A program made the position numbers and the translations under genes. A stretch of 64,000 nt of DNA from Selaginella moellendorffii (taxonomy: Eukaryota; Plantae; Lycopodiophyta): positions 186,001-250,000 of the forward strand of contig NW_003314366.1 of NCBI RefSeq assembly GCF_000143415.4. The letters are read 5' to 3'. Positions 49,117-60,952 of this stretch are shown one piece after another. The notes beneath the pieces were generated by a model that did no database searches, had not been told where the DNA came from, and was given only the letters and a program-made list of their open reading frames with translations. Positions within the stretch are counted from its first letter, which is position 1. Each line of letters begins with the position of its first letter.

Positions 49117-52100
49117 ATGGCCTTCAGGGTTGGGGAAAAGGTTTACATTTTGAATGGTGGGAAGAGAGTTGCAAAAGGGACCCTTGTGTCTATAGATCGG
49201 AACTTTGTTATACACTGTCAAAGGCTTGGGGAAGGCAATGCTGCTGTATCAGTAGAGACTGTCTTCGATGGGAATGTGGTCGCTATTGAACGAGGAGAGA
49301 TGGTCGTCGGGGTAAATGTTGTTGTTGCCTTGAAAAATCTGCAGAAGAAAGCAAATGTTGGGGACAGCGCAAGTGCGACGCATGTTCCCTCCATGGATCT
49401 TAAGAACCGTACTACATGGATTCAGGCAAAAGTGTTTCTAAACAACCCCGAGGGGGAGGTGGTAGCTGAGGGCTTAGCCACAGTTGTCGATCCAAGAGAT
49501 GCGGTTGCTAATCAAAAATTGGGCTGGGATGATATTGGAGTTGCGATTTTAGAGGTTGTTGACACAGAAGAAAACAGTCTGACTATTGGAAGCATTGTGC
49601 GGTGGAAATTGAGGCATTTAGTGTTTGAGAATGTGAAGGATTCACAATCAAACACCACTACAACTGATGACAGAACATCTCTTCATGGGAAAAGAAAGTA
49701 CACCTTCCTACAGCGCAGCCAAAGGGATCTGAGCAACGAACCGAAAAGGCAGAAAATGGCGATGGAGGTTCGAATGGTCTCGACAGTTGCTTGTTGCAAG
49801 AGGAGGTGCTGTCAACATGCTGATTGGGATGCTATTGAAGAGGAGAGAGCAAGATACAAGACATTGTCCTGGAAGGCAGCTCGCAATTTTGTGTATGAGG
49901 CATTACGGTCATCTGTTGATGCTTCAGAACATCAGGTGGGGGGCATGGTCTTCCAGAGGGGTTTGGTCTGCATGAAGGCATGGAGAATCATTTATGGAGT
50001 CCCTCGAACCACATTCTACAGAATCAAAACTGAGTTCGAGGAACAAAGGGTTCAACAGGCAGTCCATGGGAACGACGGTACGCACAAAACCAGGGGTCAT
50101 GTTGTATATGGAGAGGCAATCTTCAAGAGGTTTGTCGAGACATGTAGCAAGCAGCAACCACATAAAACCCGCCTCTTGGAAGATGGAACACGAGACACCC
50201 AACGAGTTCTCCCTTCCATGTATACCAAGGGGGCCATATTGGAAGATGTGAATCGGGAACTCCAGAGTAATGGCTACAGGAAGCTGAGCCAATCTAGATT
50301 TAGTAGATTGTGGAGCAACAGGTTCAGGGATGTGAGTATAGGAAAGTACTCCAGCTTTTCAAAGTGTGACGAGTGCACTGCTATCAAAATGGCTTTGTCG
50401 AAGAATTCTTGCAGCGCTCAAGAGCGAGAGACGTTGGTTAGAAGGCGGCTCGACCACAACATCGAGCAGAAAAGCTGCAGTACTGCATATTATCATAACA
50501 GGATTCTCTCCATGGAGAGACCTGACTCTTACCTCTGCATCATCCACGACAAAATGGACCAGAAAAAGACGTGCTTACCTCGACTCAATCCTGCCCCCAA
50601 GGCAATCTCTTCATCCATGCAGCTGCCTGTGTCTCTGTTTGGCATAATCGCTCATGGGCATGGTGCCCAGAACTATGGGAACTGCTTTGTACCTCTATGG
50701 GGTGGCGGGGGTGCAAACATGATGATTGCGTCCCTAGCAAAACACTTAAGGTCTCTGCAAAGTGCACAGACTGAGCTGAACGGCCAACCCTTGCATAAGG
50801 CCCTTGTCGATCGAACCCCATACAGGGTTCAGCTGGAGGAGGAGCAAAGGCTTGCAGTATCGCGTGGGGCCCCATGCCATCCCAGTGAATATGTTGGCCG
50901 TCAGATTGTAGGGTTATCACGTGAGGCCTCATGCCATTCTGACGAGGCTGGTCGCCCGGTGAATGCACAGCCTCATCCAAACGAAGCAGAATCTCAAGGA
51001 AGTTTTTGCGGCCGATGTGGCCTTCCACCCCATCTTCTGCTCCAAACAGACAATGCTGGCAGTGAGAACAAAAACATGTACGTCTTCGCGTACTTGGCGA
51101 TGCTTGTTGCCAAAGGCATATTTGAAACGGTTACACTTGGCTTTCTCATGGTTGGGCACACTCATGAAGACGTCGATGCCATGTTCAGTCACCTGGCAGA
51201 GTCCCTCCGGCGATCCAATGTCCTCACCCTCCCACAACTCTACGATGAATTCCAAAATTGCATCAAAGGCACTGTTGAAGCTGCACTTGTGACAGAGGTT
51301 CCAGACTTTAAGGGGTTTGTAAGAGGCTACATCAGGGACGGATCCGAAATGCTGATTGGCCACTCCAAGCCTCTTCAGTTTCATTTCAGCATGCGTGACG
51401 GTGCTCCAGTGATGAGGTACAAGATGAGAGAATGGGACACAGTGTGGCTGCCAGTGGACGGCATTGAACTCTTCAAGAGAGATCCCATTACTGGGGAACC
51501 TATGATTCCTCAGGGTTCCCCACGGCCGATGCACCCGGATGGACTCAAAAACCAGGAAAGTATAGTGGCCGGGATTAGACAGCATATTGCCTTCTGGAAG
51601 AGGGGGTTGGTGTTTGGTGGAGAATCCTATTTTAAGAGGTGCAAGCCTTTGCTTGAATACTGGGAGAAGATTATATCTGCTATCCAAAATGGGCCGGTTG
51701 TATATGAAGAATTGGAAGAGTCCTTTTGGCCAGAACCCAGAGCACCAGATAGTAGCGGAAAAATGTCCTCTGGAAATGCAGTGACAGATAACGATGTTGA
51801 GGATCACTATTGTGGGCCGAGGAACAAGAAGCCGGATTCAGCATTCAATCCAGTACAAGTCTGCAAAGGAATGGTCGTGCTTGTCAGACCCAGTAATAAA
51901 AAACAAATGATATGGGTGGGGCGCTGCATCACTGATGCAGAGGAGGACGCGGAAACTAACTCCTTCAATGTAACTGTGGAGTGGTTCAAGCCAAGTTCCG
52001 GATATACGAAGGATTGCCTAGAAAAGAGATGGGTGCTGAATCCAAGGGATCCCAGCATGAGCATATCGGTGGATAATGTTGTGCATGGTTGGATGCGGAA

Positions 52101-52255
52101 ACAGAGTGCCACCATCACCTTGCCAGACCATGCAAGAGATGCAGCAAGAGCATTCATAACCCGGGTTCAAGGTGAGATTTAATATTCCTTTACTAAGTTT
52201 CTAATGTATTTTATTTCAAGGTGAACAATCCGAATCTGAATCAGAGGAGGCGTGA
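49117..52255 (+). CDS. Intact Sola-type DDD transposase (~1030 aa) with extra N- and C-terminal domains; short last exon 52221-52255
   Basis: VCMKAWRIIYGV, KCDEC..H..H, IHDKMDQKK, LQTDNAGSENKN and FLMVGHTHEDVDAMFS; uninterrupted 1021-aa ORF; GT-AG intron 52172-52220 adds EQSESESEEA*. Confidence 0.8.
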
Positions 52256-52979
52256 TGGCATGTGGCCCTTTGCACTAGTATATCTTAATACTGGTCTGAG
52301 AAATAGAATGGCATGTGCCCTCAGGCCTTTTACTAAAATCACCTTTGAAAGAAATGCAAGCCTCTATGTCGTAAAAAAAAGGTACTAGAGAAATTCCTTA
52401 ATAATATGAATGTTATTTAGTTTCATGAAAATACACTAAGGGTCAAATGAGTTAAATGACTTCTCCAGACTAGCAATGCCTCTTGCTACACCTTCACAAT
52501 TAGATTCGTTAGAAAAAGATAACATTGAATAATATCTAAATGTTCTCACCATTAAGTTATATGTCTGGCTAATAGGAATGACGTTCATCTTGGAAAGCTC
52601 ACCACACGCTCAATGAACAAACAAATAGTGTGTGCGCGCATGCCATCGCTCTTCTTTAGCTTCAGATTCGGCTTGTTCACCTTGACAATGAGATTTATTA
52701 TACAACCAGATGGACTCAGTCTGGACACAAAGTCACCGCGCTAATCACCATGCCCCAGATATGTCTAGCCCCTGGACAAAAAACAAATGAGCAAGTATGA
52801 GATAAAGGGGAGAAATCTCAAAGTCACACTTGGCATGATTGTGTTGCAACCAATCCATACCAAGGATGAAGTCAAAAGCTTGACTTGGCACCACCCACAA
52901 TGACTGCAACCTAAGCTTGAGATCGCCTATACGCACAACTAGGTCTGCCTCATCCCATGCATATGCATGTGTACAGCTG

Positions 52980-53558
52980 TGTAAGCTCCTGAGTTTGGAC
53001 TTCCCGGGAGGTCACCCAACCCAGTACTATTCAAACCCAAGGACGCTTAACCCCAAATATCCTAAGACCCTTAACCAATTGGAAAAGGGGGTGCACTCTT
53101 GTTCATGGGCCCTTTCCCTCTATATTTGAACCCCATGGATCGTCCCTTTGGTTGCTTACAATCCACCACGCTTCCCTGCAAGTTCACGCCCTCGTGAACG
53201 GAAGCTGAGAGCCGCAACTCTCCCGAGAGCCCCGCTCTCTTGACACCCTACCCTCGGGTCGAGCCTAGCGGGAGCAAACTAGACCAGCCAGATGTCAATC
53301 AACATGTGGTGTGATTCCCTTAGCCAACCAACAGAGTTGGACCCGAGACCCCTCTGATACCAAATGTAAGCTCCTGAGTTTGGACTTCCCGGGAGGTCAC
53401 CCAGCCCAGTACTATTCAAACCCAAGGACGCTTAACCCCAAATATCCCAAGACCCTTAACCGATTGGAAAAGGGGGTGCACTCTTGTTCATGGGCCCTTT
53501 CCCTCTATATTTGAACCCCATGGATTGTCTCTCAAGTCGTTCCCTTTGGTTGCTTACA
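52980..53558 (-). mobile_element. Cassandra-type TRIM with a 5S rRNA-derived core in each LTR
   Basis: LTRs at 52980-53160 and 53365-53558 (TG..CA); perfect 5-bp TSD AGCTG; PBS TGGTATCAGAG (iMet); minus strand of the LTR reads GTTAAGCGT...TAGTACTGGGYTGGGTGACCTCCCGGGAAGTCC (5S A/C boxes). Confidence 0.93.
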
Positions 53559-54172
53559 AGCTGTTGCCATAAATAATGAAAACTGACTTTGCCACACAAC
53601 ACAAGTGTAGACGGCAATATGTAGCAACAAGTCAAGTAATAGAAGATAAACTCAAACTTGTATCAACGAAAATGAAGAGAATAATAGGAGACATCTTGTT
53701 ATAAAAACTAGATTGGAAAGTAAACACTGAATGAATTGGTGTTGAGTGGACCCCTTGATAATACTCCTGAAAGAAATATAGAGTGGTCATTGGCTTATTC
53801 GCACAAAGTCTCTCTATTACTCGTGTGATTCTTCATTTCCTAGATGCATCTTGGTGTCTAGAGCTTCCACTACAGTAACACTAATAAGATGTTGTTGAAG
53901 CCAAGGTCTCCATCCAGGAAATGGTAGCTGTTAATCTGGAAAATGCCAACAACACCGATAAATGTGACCAACTTCATCACACACCCAGTAATGAACATCA
54001 CGGCCACGACCACATCCTCACCCTTGTCCTTGGAATCAAGCAGTACCAATATCAACCTCTATTAGAACAGGACCATCACCCACAGGAAGTGGAGTTGAAG
54101 GACATGCCGTGAGAAGTGGAAGATGTGACAACTCATAATGTTGTGCCAAGCGAAGAGCATCGTCAAGAGTGG

Positions 54173-57100
54173 TGTAAGCCACAAATTTTTCCTTTCTAAT
54201 TTGCTAGTTCACCTCATTTATTCAACCACCATGGCCTTGGCCTTAGTTAAGTTACCTCACCAAGGTCGCCTATTGTACCAACTCCTACTTGGTCTGCTTG
54301 GTTTCAGCTACTCACTGCACAAATAACTTTGTGTTACCCATCCATCCACGGATTCCCAAATCTCTCCCAATCTACCTCCCCAGGTTAGATTAAACTTAAG
54401 GTTTAGATACACTCCCCATAGGCACAAGCATCTAAGCACACTAAGCCACTAGGTTCTTAACATCCCTTGGTACAACAAAACTTGATCATGGGACCCTCTA
54501 AATCATAAACTTTGGGTGCAACACTTACTTCAAGACACCAGGGGGAAACACCATAGCCTAATGGCTCAGTATGAGTACCCCTACTCCCACACTTCCATCC
54601 CGAAGGGAAGGCCCAAACCCTTGGGAAGGGCGAGGACTAATAATCCACAAGGTACTCAAGTGCACCAGTCCATATGAGCTAAGAGCACCACAGTCCATTT
54701 CCCTTCCAGGAGTGGAAGCTGCTTTTGAACACTTCCTTGGGTGGCACTTTCAACACCAGCTGAGTCCATGCTCACTCCAACCCATGGCCCCTTAGCCCCA
54801 GTCTCAAGCTCAAGTCAGTTTGGAAGCACCAATAGAAAGTTCTTTTAAGACTAGTTCTTAGACCTCACTTTTGGAACCCCCTACAGCCCCCCCCCCCCCC
54901 CCCCCTATGAGACACACACTTTGGGCTTTCACTCCATGACCTTCACTCCATGACCTGTATTAGTATTTGGACTTGGTCTCAGACTTGATCTCGAACTCGA
55001 TTTCGGACTTGACTTCAGACTCGGTCTCGAACTCGATCTCGGACTTGATCTCGAACTTGACCTCAGACTCTGTCTTGGACTCAATCTCGGACTCAGTCTT
55101 GGACCTGATTTTAGATCTCGGACTCAATCTTGAACTTGGTCTCGGACTCAGTCTCGCACTCGGTCTTGAAGTCAGTCTCGGACTTGATCTTGAAGTCGGT
55201 CTCGGACTCAATCTTGGACTCGGTCTCGGACTCAATCTCGGACTCGGTCTCGGACTCAATCTTGGACTCAGTCTCGAACTCAGTCTTTGAGTTGGTCTCG
55301 AACTCAGTTTCATCCGATGAACTCTTTGTCATTTTTGTCATGCTTTCAGGGATCATTTAGCCTTCAACACCTCGGGGAGTTGGTTCCTTACAACTCCACC
55401 ACCCATTGTGTAAGGAATGGGTGAGTTCCTTGAAGTTCAATGCCCACATCGAATGCCTCTTTTTAATCCTACGACTTGTTTACCATGTCTTCAAGGGCAT
55501 CCCCCCACTTAGCAATGTGCCTAAGTTAGCCTCTCTGGCCAAGAGCCCATGACAATAGATTATAGGTGTCCCTATACCCCTCCCCTCACCATGCCCTAGT
55601 ATGGGGTTGGGACTTGAACCAAGCCTTGCTTTACTAAGGGGTTGGGACTTGAACCTAACCTCCATAGAATACATTTATGGATTCAATATCCTTGTGGGGA
55701 GTCGGGTGTAATTCTCTATGCCTGGTCAACCTAACTAACCCATGCTAATTAGTTTACCTCTAGTGCACTTTCGGGTCTCAACATATGACATTGCTCAATT
55801 TCTCAAAATAGATTCTTTAATTGAATTTTGCATAAGTACATAGAGTTATACTTTGAAAAAATTCCTCCACTAAATCCCACGTGTTCGCTAAGTTCTCCTC
55901 CGGTTTCTATGTTGCTTTGCAATATGAAAATCCTTTCCACTTCACATGGAATTCCCTCACCTCATGTCCTTGTCACTTGCTCTTGCACATATTGAGGATG
56001 GCCTTAACGTCATATTCTTCTTCCCCTTAGATGATCTCAGGTAGAGGTCTTACTTGGTCCCTGCGAAGCGGATCCTCAAAGTACGGCTTGAGTAAGTTCA
56101 CATGGAACATAGGATGCATCTTTCCCATCTTTCGAGGAAGTTAGAAGTAAGCCACCTTACCAATTTGTGCCTCAATCTCGTAAGGCCCTCTAAACCTACT
56201 TAAGGAACTCAAGATTAATTCATTTCCAGTAATACATGCATTTTTACCTTTGGGTCAGCTTCCGGCTGATCCCACTTGGTAGCCTTAAGTTCTTGGTGTT
56301 CAACCACACCTTCTCCCCAGATTGAAACTCTACATCCTGGTGCTTCTTGTTCACATATTTGGTTTGCCTTTGTTAAGCCTATTCTAAAGAATCCTTCACT
56401 AGATTCCAAATGTTGAGTCTTTCCGCTGTGAATGCCTCCACCCTAGGTATCTCTCCATGATACTTGGCCACGCCGAGTTCAACAGGACCTTCAATAGCTC
56501 ACCCATTGACTCAGCCCAATACTCGAATGTGGTGAGTTGTTATAGTACATTTTCTCAAGTCCCAAATGACTTACCCAATCGGTTTGGTCTCCCGAAACAT
56601 AGCATTGTAAAGAATCCTCCAGCTGCCAATTCACCCTTTCCGTTTGTCCATCTGTCAAGAAGTGTTAGTGCCATCAAGCTTGACTTAATACCCAATACTT
56701 GTCTGTGGGTGATAGGCAGTGCTAAATTTTAACTTGGTGCAATACTATTCCAGGAGAGTTCTTCAGAACCTACTGGTAAAGATCTTATCTCGATCTGAGA
56801 TGATCTCTTCTAGCTTTCCCCACACTTGAATCACTTGTTCGAAAAATAGCTTTGCCACACCTTCCGCATCCACTTCCGTTGTAGTGGATATGAAATGTGT
56901 TGTCTTCAAAAATTGGTCCACCACCAAGAATATCACATCAAACCCCTCACTTAGGGGGAGTCTCATGATGAAGTTCATTGTAAGACACTTTCACGGACAA
57001 TCTGGAATTGGAATGCTTTGTAACAAGCCCCCACTAGCCTTATTTACGGCTTTGACCTACTGACATGTTGGACATATCTTTACATAGTCTTGGACATTCT

Positions 57101-58563
57101 TAGCCCAATGATACTTCCTCTTGAGTAACCCCTTTGTCTTGGGCACTGTAGTGCACCTTATCTCTCTCCCCTTAAGCCAACTGGAAAAGGGGGAATTGCT
57201 TTATGAGAGAGCCCTTAGTGACTATTTTATCCCCATTTATCCCCCAAAGTTCCAAGGATCCATGGTGATAGTATATCCAAATCTCATCCCATGATCATAT
57301 GCGCTACAGGCACTCCGCCATTTTCTTCTTGCACTTCCTGACTTCTTGAAGTTTCTCTTCCCGATCTTATATTGTCAGTTTTCCTCAGTTTTCCTTTCTA
57401 ATTTGCTAGCTTACCTTGTCTATCCAACCACCACAGCCTTGGCCTTAGTTAAGTTTCCTTGCCAAGGTTCCTGCATATTGTACCAACTCCTAGTTAGTCT
57501 ACTTTGTTTCAACTACTTACTACACGAGCATACTTATCCATCTATGAATTCCCAAATCTATCCCAATCCCCCTCTTTGGGTTAGACTAGACTTAAGGTTC
57601 AACTACACTCCTTGCAAGCACAAGCATCCAAGCACACCAAGCCACCAATTTTCTAACATCCCTTGATATAACAAGACTTGATCATAGGACCCTTTAAATC
57701 CCAAGCCTTGGGTTCAACACTTGCTTCGAGACACCGGGAGGAAACACCATGGCCTAATGGCCCAGTATGGGTACCCCTACTACCCCACTTCCATCCCGAA
57801 GGGAAGGCCCAAGCCCCTAAGAAGGGTGAGGACTAATGAGCCACAAAGTACTTAAGTGGGGCACCACTCCACATGAGCCAAGAGCACCGCAGTCAGTTCC
57901 CTTCCAGGAGTGAGAGCTACTCTTGAGCACTTCCTTGGGTGGCCCCTTCAACATTAGCCGAGTCCATGCTCACTCCCACCCAAGGCCTCTCACAACGAAG
58001 ATGCATGAGAAGCTGGTACCTTAGCCTTAGTCTCAACCGCAAGTCAGTTTGAAAGCACCATTGGAGAGTTCCTTCAAGACTAATTCCTAGAGTTCATTAT
58101 CCCTACTATACTTTTGGAACCCCCTACAACAATGCCCCCCCCCCCCCCCCCCATCCGCCCCCGGGAGACACACACTTTGGGCTTTCACCCCACGACCTGT
58201 ATTAATATTCAAACTCGGTCTTGGACTCGATCTTGGACTCAATCTCGGACTTGACTTCAAACTCGGTCTCAGACTTGATCTCGGAACTCGATCTCAGATC
58301 TGACCTCGGACTCTATCTCTATCTCAGTCTTAGACCCAATCTCGGATCTCAGACTTGATCTTGAACTCAATATCAGACTCGATCTCAAACTCAGTCTTGG
58401 AGTCGGTCTTAAACTCGATCTCGGACTCGGTTTTGGACTCGGTCTTAGAGTCAGTCTCAAACTCGATCTCGAACTCGGTCTCATCTGATAAACTCTTTGT
58501 CATTTCGGTCGTGCTTTGGGGAAGCCTTTAGCTTTCGACACCTCTAGGAGTTGGTTCCTTACA
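54173..58563 (-). mobile_element. Chromoviral gypsy deletion derivative with ~1.2-kb LTRs
   Basis: Long direct repeats 54173-55392 and about 57385-58563, both ending ggagttggttccttaca; flanks AGTGG/AATGG; internal decayed integrase (IISDRDKIFTSRF, HPMFHVNLLKPY) and chromodomain (EEEYDVKAIL..VKWKGF). Confidence 0.82.
54965..55310. repeat. Degenerate 12-bp tandem array (ctcggactcgrt) inside the LTR; second copy at 58210-58485
   Basis: Direct reading; produces SPRL/ESET pseudo-ORFs. Confidence 0.88.
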
Positions 58564-59279
58564 AATGGCTGGAGTGCATGCACAAGTCTAACAAGATCTT
58601 GACGAAGTGCTGGCCACAACATTCCTAACTTGATCCGCTCTGATATATTTGGCTTTGCACAAAGCAAAAGACTTCGCAAACGAATGCCAAATTGCATCAC
58701 CAAATCAAATAGCCCTTGACAAAGATGATGCAATTGTTAGAAGGTATCATCACAATTGTCAACATGTTCGAATGTGTGTTTGAAGACATCCAGGAGAACA
58801 CTCCAATCCCCACGAATGGCTACGCTCAAACCATTGTACCACTGCAATGCCATCCCTTGGAAATACGTGGGAAACTCATGCAAATGTCGAACATCATCCC
58901 AAGAATGATATGTGCCAATCACTATGAAGTGATCGAACCAATGATACACATCATTCCAGGATTCTCACAAAAGAACTCCGGCCCAACGCGAGGATTGGAA
59001 TCAAGAGCAAAAGGAGCTGTACCATATACCGTGAATGCCACCATCAATTGAGTTTGGTTGTTCAATTGCAATTGCACCAACTACTGCTCTATAGTCAAAT
59101 GAGGAAGAAACTGCTGATTTGCTATGAAGATGAATGAAAAGGAAAGAGCAAAAGAAGAGAAATGGGAAAAAAGCTAGAAGGAAAGGGAGATCTAGACAAT
59201 GCAAAAGCTATATCTAAACCAAAATCCTAAATCCAAGCACTCCCCAAAGACAATCAAAAGTCCCTCTCAACTCCACCAA

Positions 59280-59440
59280 TGTGAGTGCATGGAATATAGA
59301 AAGGGAATACAGAAAATGTGTTTATCAATTCAAAAACCTTAAATTATATACAGGAGTGAGTGGTCCAGATTGAAATCAATTCGATAGGTACCAAAATCCC
59401 ACTACGCTAATATTAGTATACGGTACACTTGGACCTCATA
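59280..59440 (-). repeat. 5' LTR of the outer gypsy element
   Basis: Similar to 41802-41977; adjacent tRNA-Ala-type PBS. Confidence 0.85.
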
Positions 59441-60167
59441 TATTAATTTTTCATTATTAATATAAAATATTTTAAATGTAAGTTATAAACAAAAATTAGC
59501 CATCTCACTACTTGAACTTGTCAAATCACTTTGTGATGGGGATTATGAAGATTTTCAACCAAACTATAGAAATCCACTAACATTTATAGATTTTGTATAA
59601 GAAGGATCATTCTAAAGCTCTATTTCGTTAAAGTGGGAATTGTCATTATCCCACTTGTAAAATAAGGTTTCCAAACCTTTATATAGTATATAAATATAAC
59701 AAAATTCAACTGCATTGAGGCACATGCCATTTTATTTTAAACAAGGAAATGTCTACTCAATCACTTCTCCTCCCCCTGCCACTGCTTCACCTCTCTCTTC
59801 TCCTTGTCATCGTCGTCCAATTTCTTTCCATCCTTTTAATATTGGCTTAGTTGCTCCGAGTCTAGGTGGAGCCCAAGTCCCCATTCAATCTTTACTTTCC
59901 CCTTATTAATAAAACAACTTCGTAGACTTCCAATAACATGCTGTAACACTTCTAGTATAATGCAAATCCTCTCAAAGAATTGTCTTTTAATATTAATACA
60001 ATGGCATGGAACCCCATGCCATAATAAGTTACATTTTTAAATAAATACATGCCATCTCAGATTGTTATTTTTTGCCTCCAACGCCTATACAATAATCTTG
60101 GAATTTCATCACTCTCCACACTATCAAGATTTAAACCCAATAGTAATGCCATCTCTTCTCTAATACA

Positions 60168-60919
60168 TCAACGCTCATTTTCAGTGGTCAAAGAACCCAT
60201 CCGGTTGAGCAGATTATGGAGATGCGGATAGTGCTTGGCTAGACAATATACATGCCATAAATGATGACTGGTGTCTGTCCGATCAAATGGCTTCTGATAT
60301 ACCGTTCCATCTGCCATTTGGTTGATTTCTGCAGCCACCTCCTGGACTGGCCGGTTCTCTATCACCATCGCTCTAAGCCGTTTTGCAAGGTCCCCCAGAA
60401 CATACAGTTTCTTCTCCCTAGTTTCCATACTACAAGAGATGGGGTGCACTGCATATGTGTGCGTGTTCGCTGCAGTTTTAATCGGCGAGTCATCGATGAT
60501 GAGGATTTCACTTGACCTAGCAGTCCGGTTCATCACTACAGCCTCTAGCTTGATGAAGATGGGCTTGCTACCCCTCACATGGACCATAGTCAAGCAATCC
60601 TCCTGCGTTAGGAGAAAGTCAAATGGTAATATTACTCGCGTCTGATTGTGCATCATCTGTAGCAACGATAATGCATTGTGGCGCATCATGGATGTCCAAA
60701 CTCCCAATTGCAAATTGAACCCGGCCCTCTATTTTAAGTGTCGCATGGTCATTATTAGATCCCGCAGTTTCTCTTGTGTGATTAATGTGAATCTGTCTCT
60801 TTTGACCAACTTGCGACCGCAGGCTTTGGAGGGTGCAATGACATTCGAGGACGAGCCACGCTCATGGGAGAAAAGGACACCGTTCAGATCAAAAATGATA
60901 TAGTACCTTCGCCATGACT
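60168..60919 (-). pseudogene. NIF/FCP1-like HAD phosphatase domain with an in-frame stop at 60729-60731
   Basis: IIFDLNGVL, LGVWTSM...N, LLTQEDC, KPIFIKL and ILIIDDSPIK..AN..AVHP. Confidence 0.75.
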
Positions 60920-60952
60920 CTGAAATGAAATGCGTCAGCATAAAAAATGGTA

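Larger units (their letters stand above)
44430..52376. mobile_element. Large multi-gene DNA element, copy 1 (Sola-type transposase + divergent ParB-like gene); right end approximate
   Basis: Interrupts gypsy pol between protease and RT; 44430-44709 and 45787-46426 are near-identical to 59614-59893 and 63362-64000. Confidence 0.8.
41802..59440 (-). mobile_element. Old Ty3/gypsy LTR retrotransposon split by three nested insertions
   Basis: Related short LTRs at 41802-41977 and 59280-59440; PPT at 41978-41992; PBS TGGTGGAG at about 59271-59278; decayed gag about 58570-58990, protease about 52750-52970, RT/RH 43100-44360 and integrase tail 42100-42650; TATT flanks both ends. Confidence 0.85.

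Noticed and set aside
52995-53440. 5S rRNA genes
   Set aside because: Only the internal promoter part of 5S is present, inside paired LTRs with PBS and TSD, so this is Cassandra rather than rDNA.
54960-55360. ORFs of SPRL/ESET/LGL repeats (also 58269-58484)
   Set aside because: Translation artefacts of the 12-bp tandem array, open in several frames on both strands.
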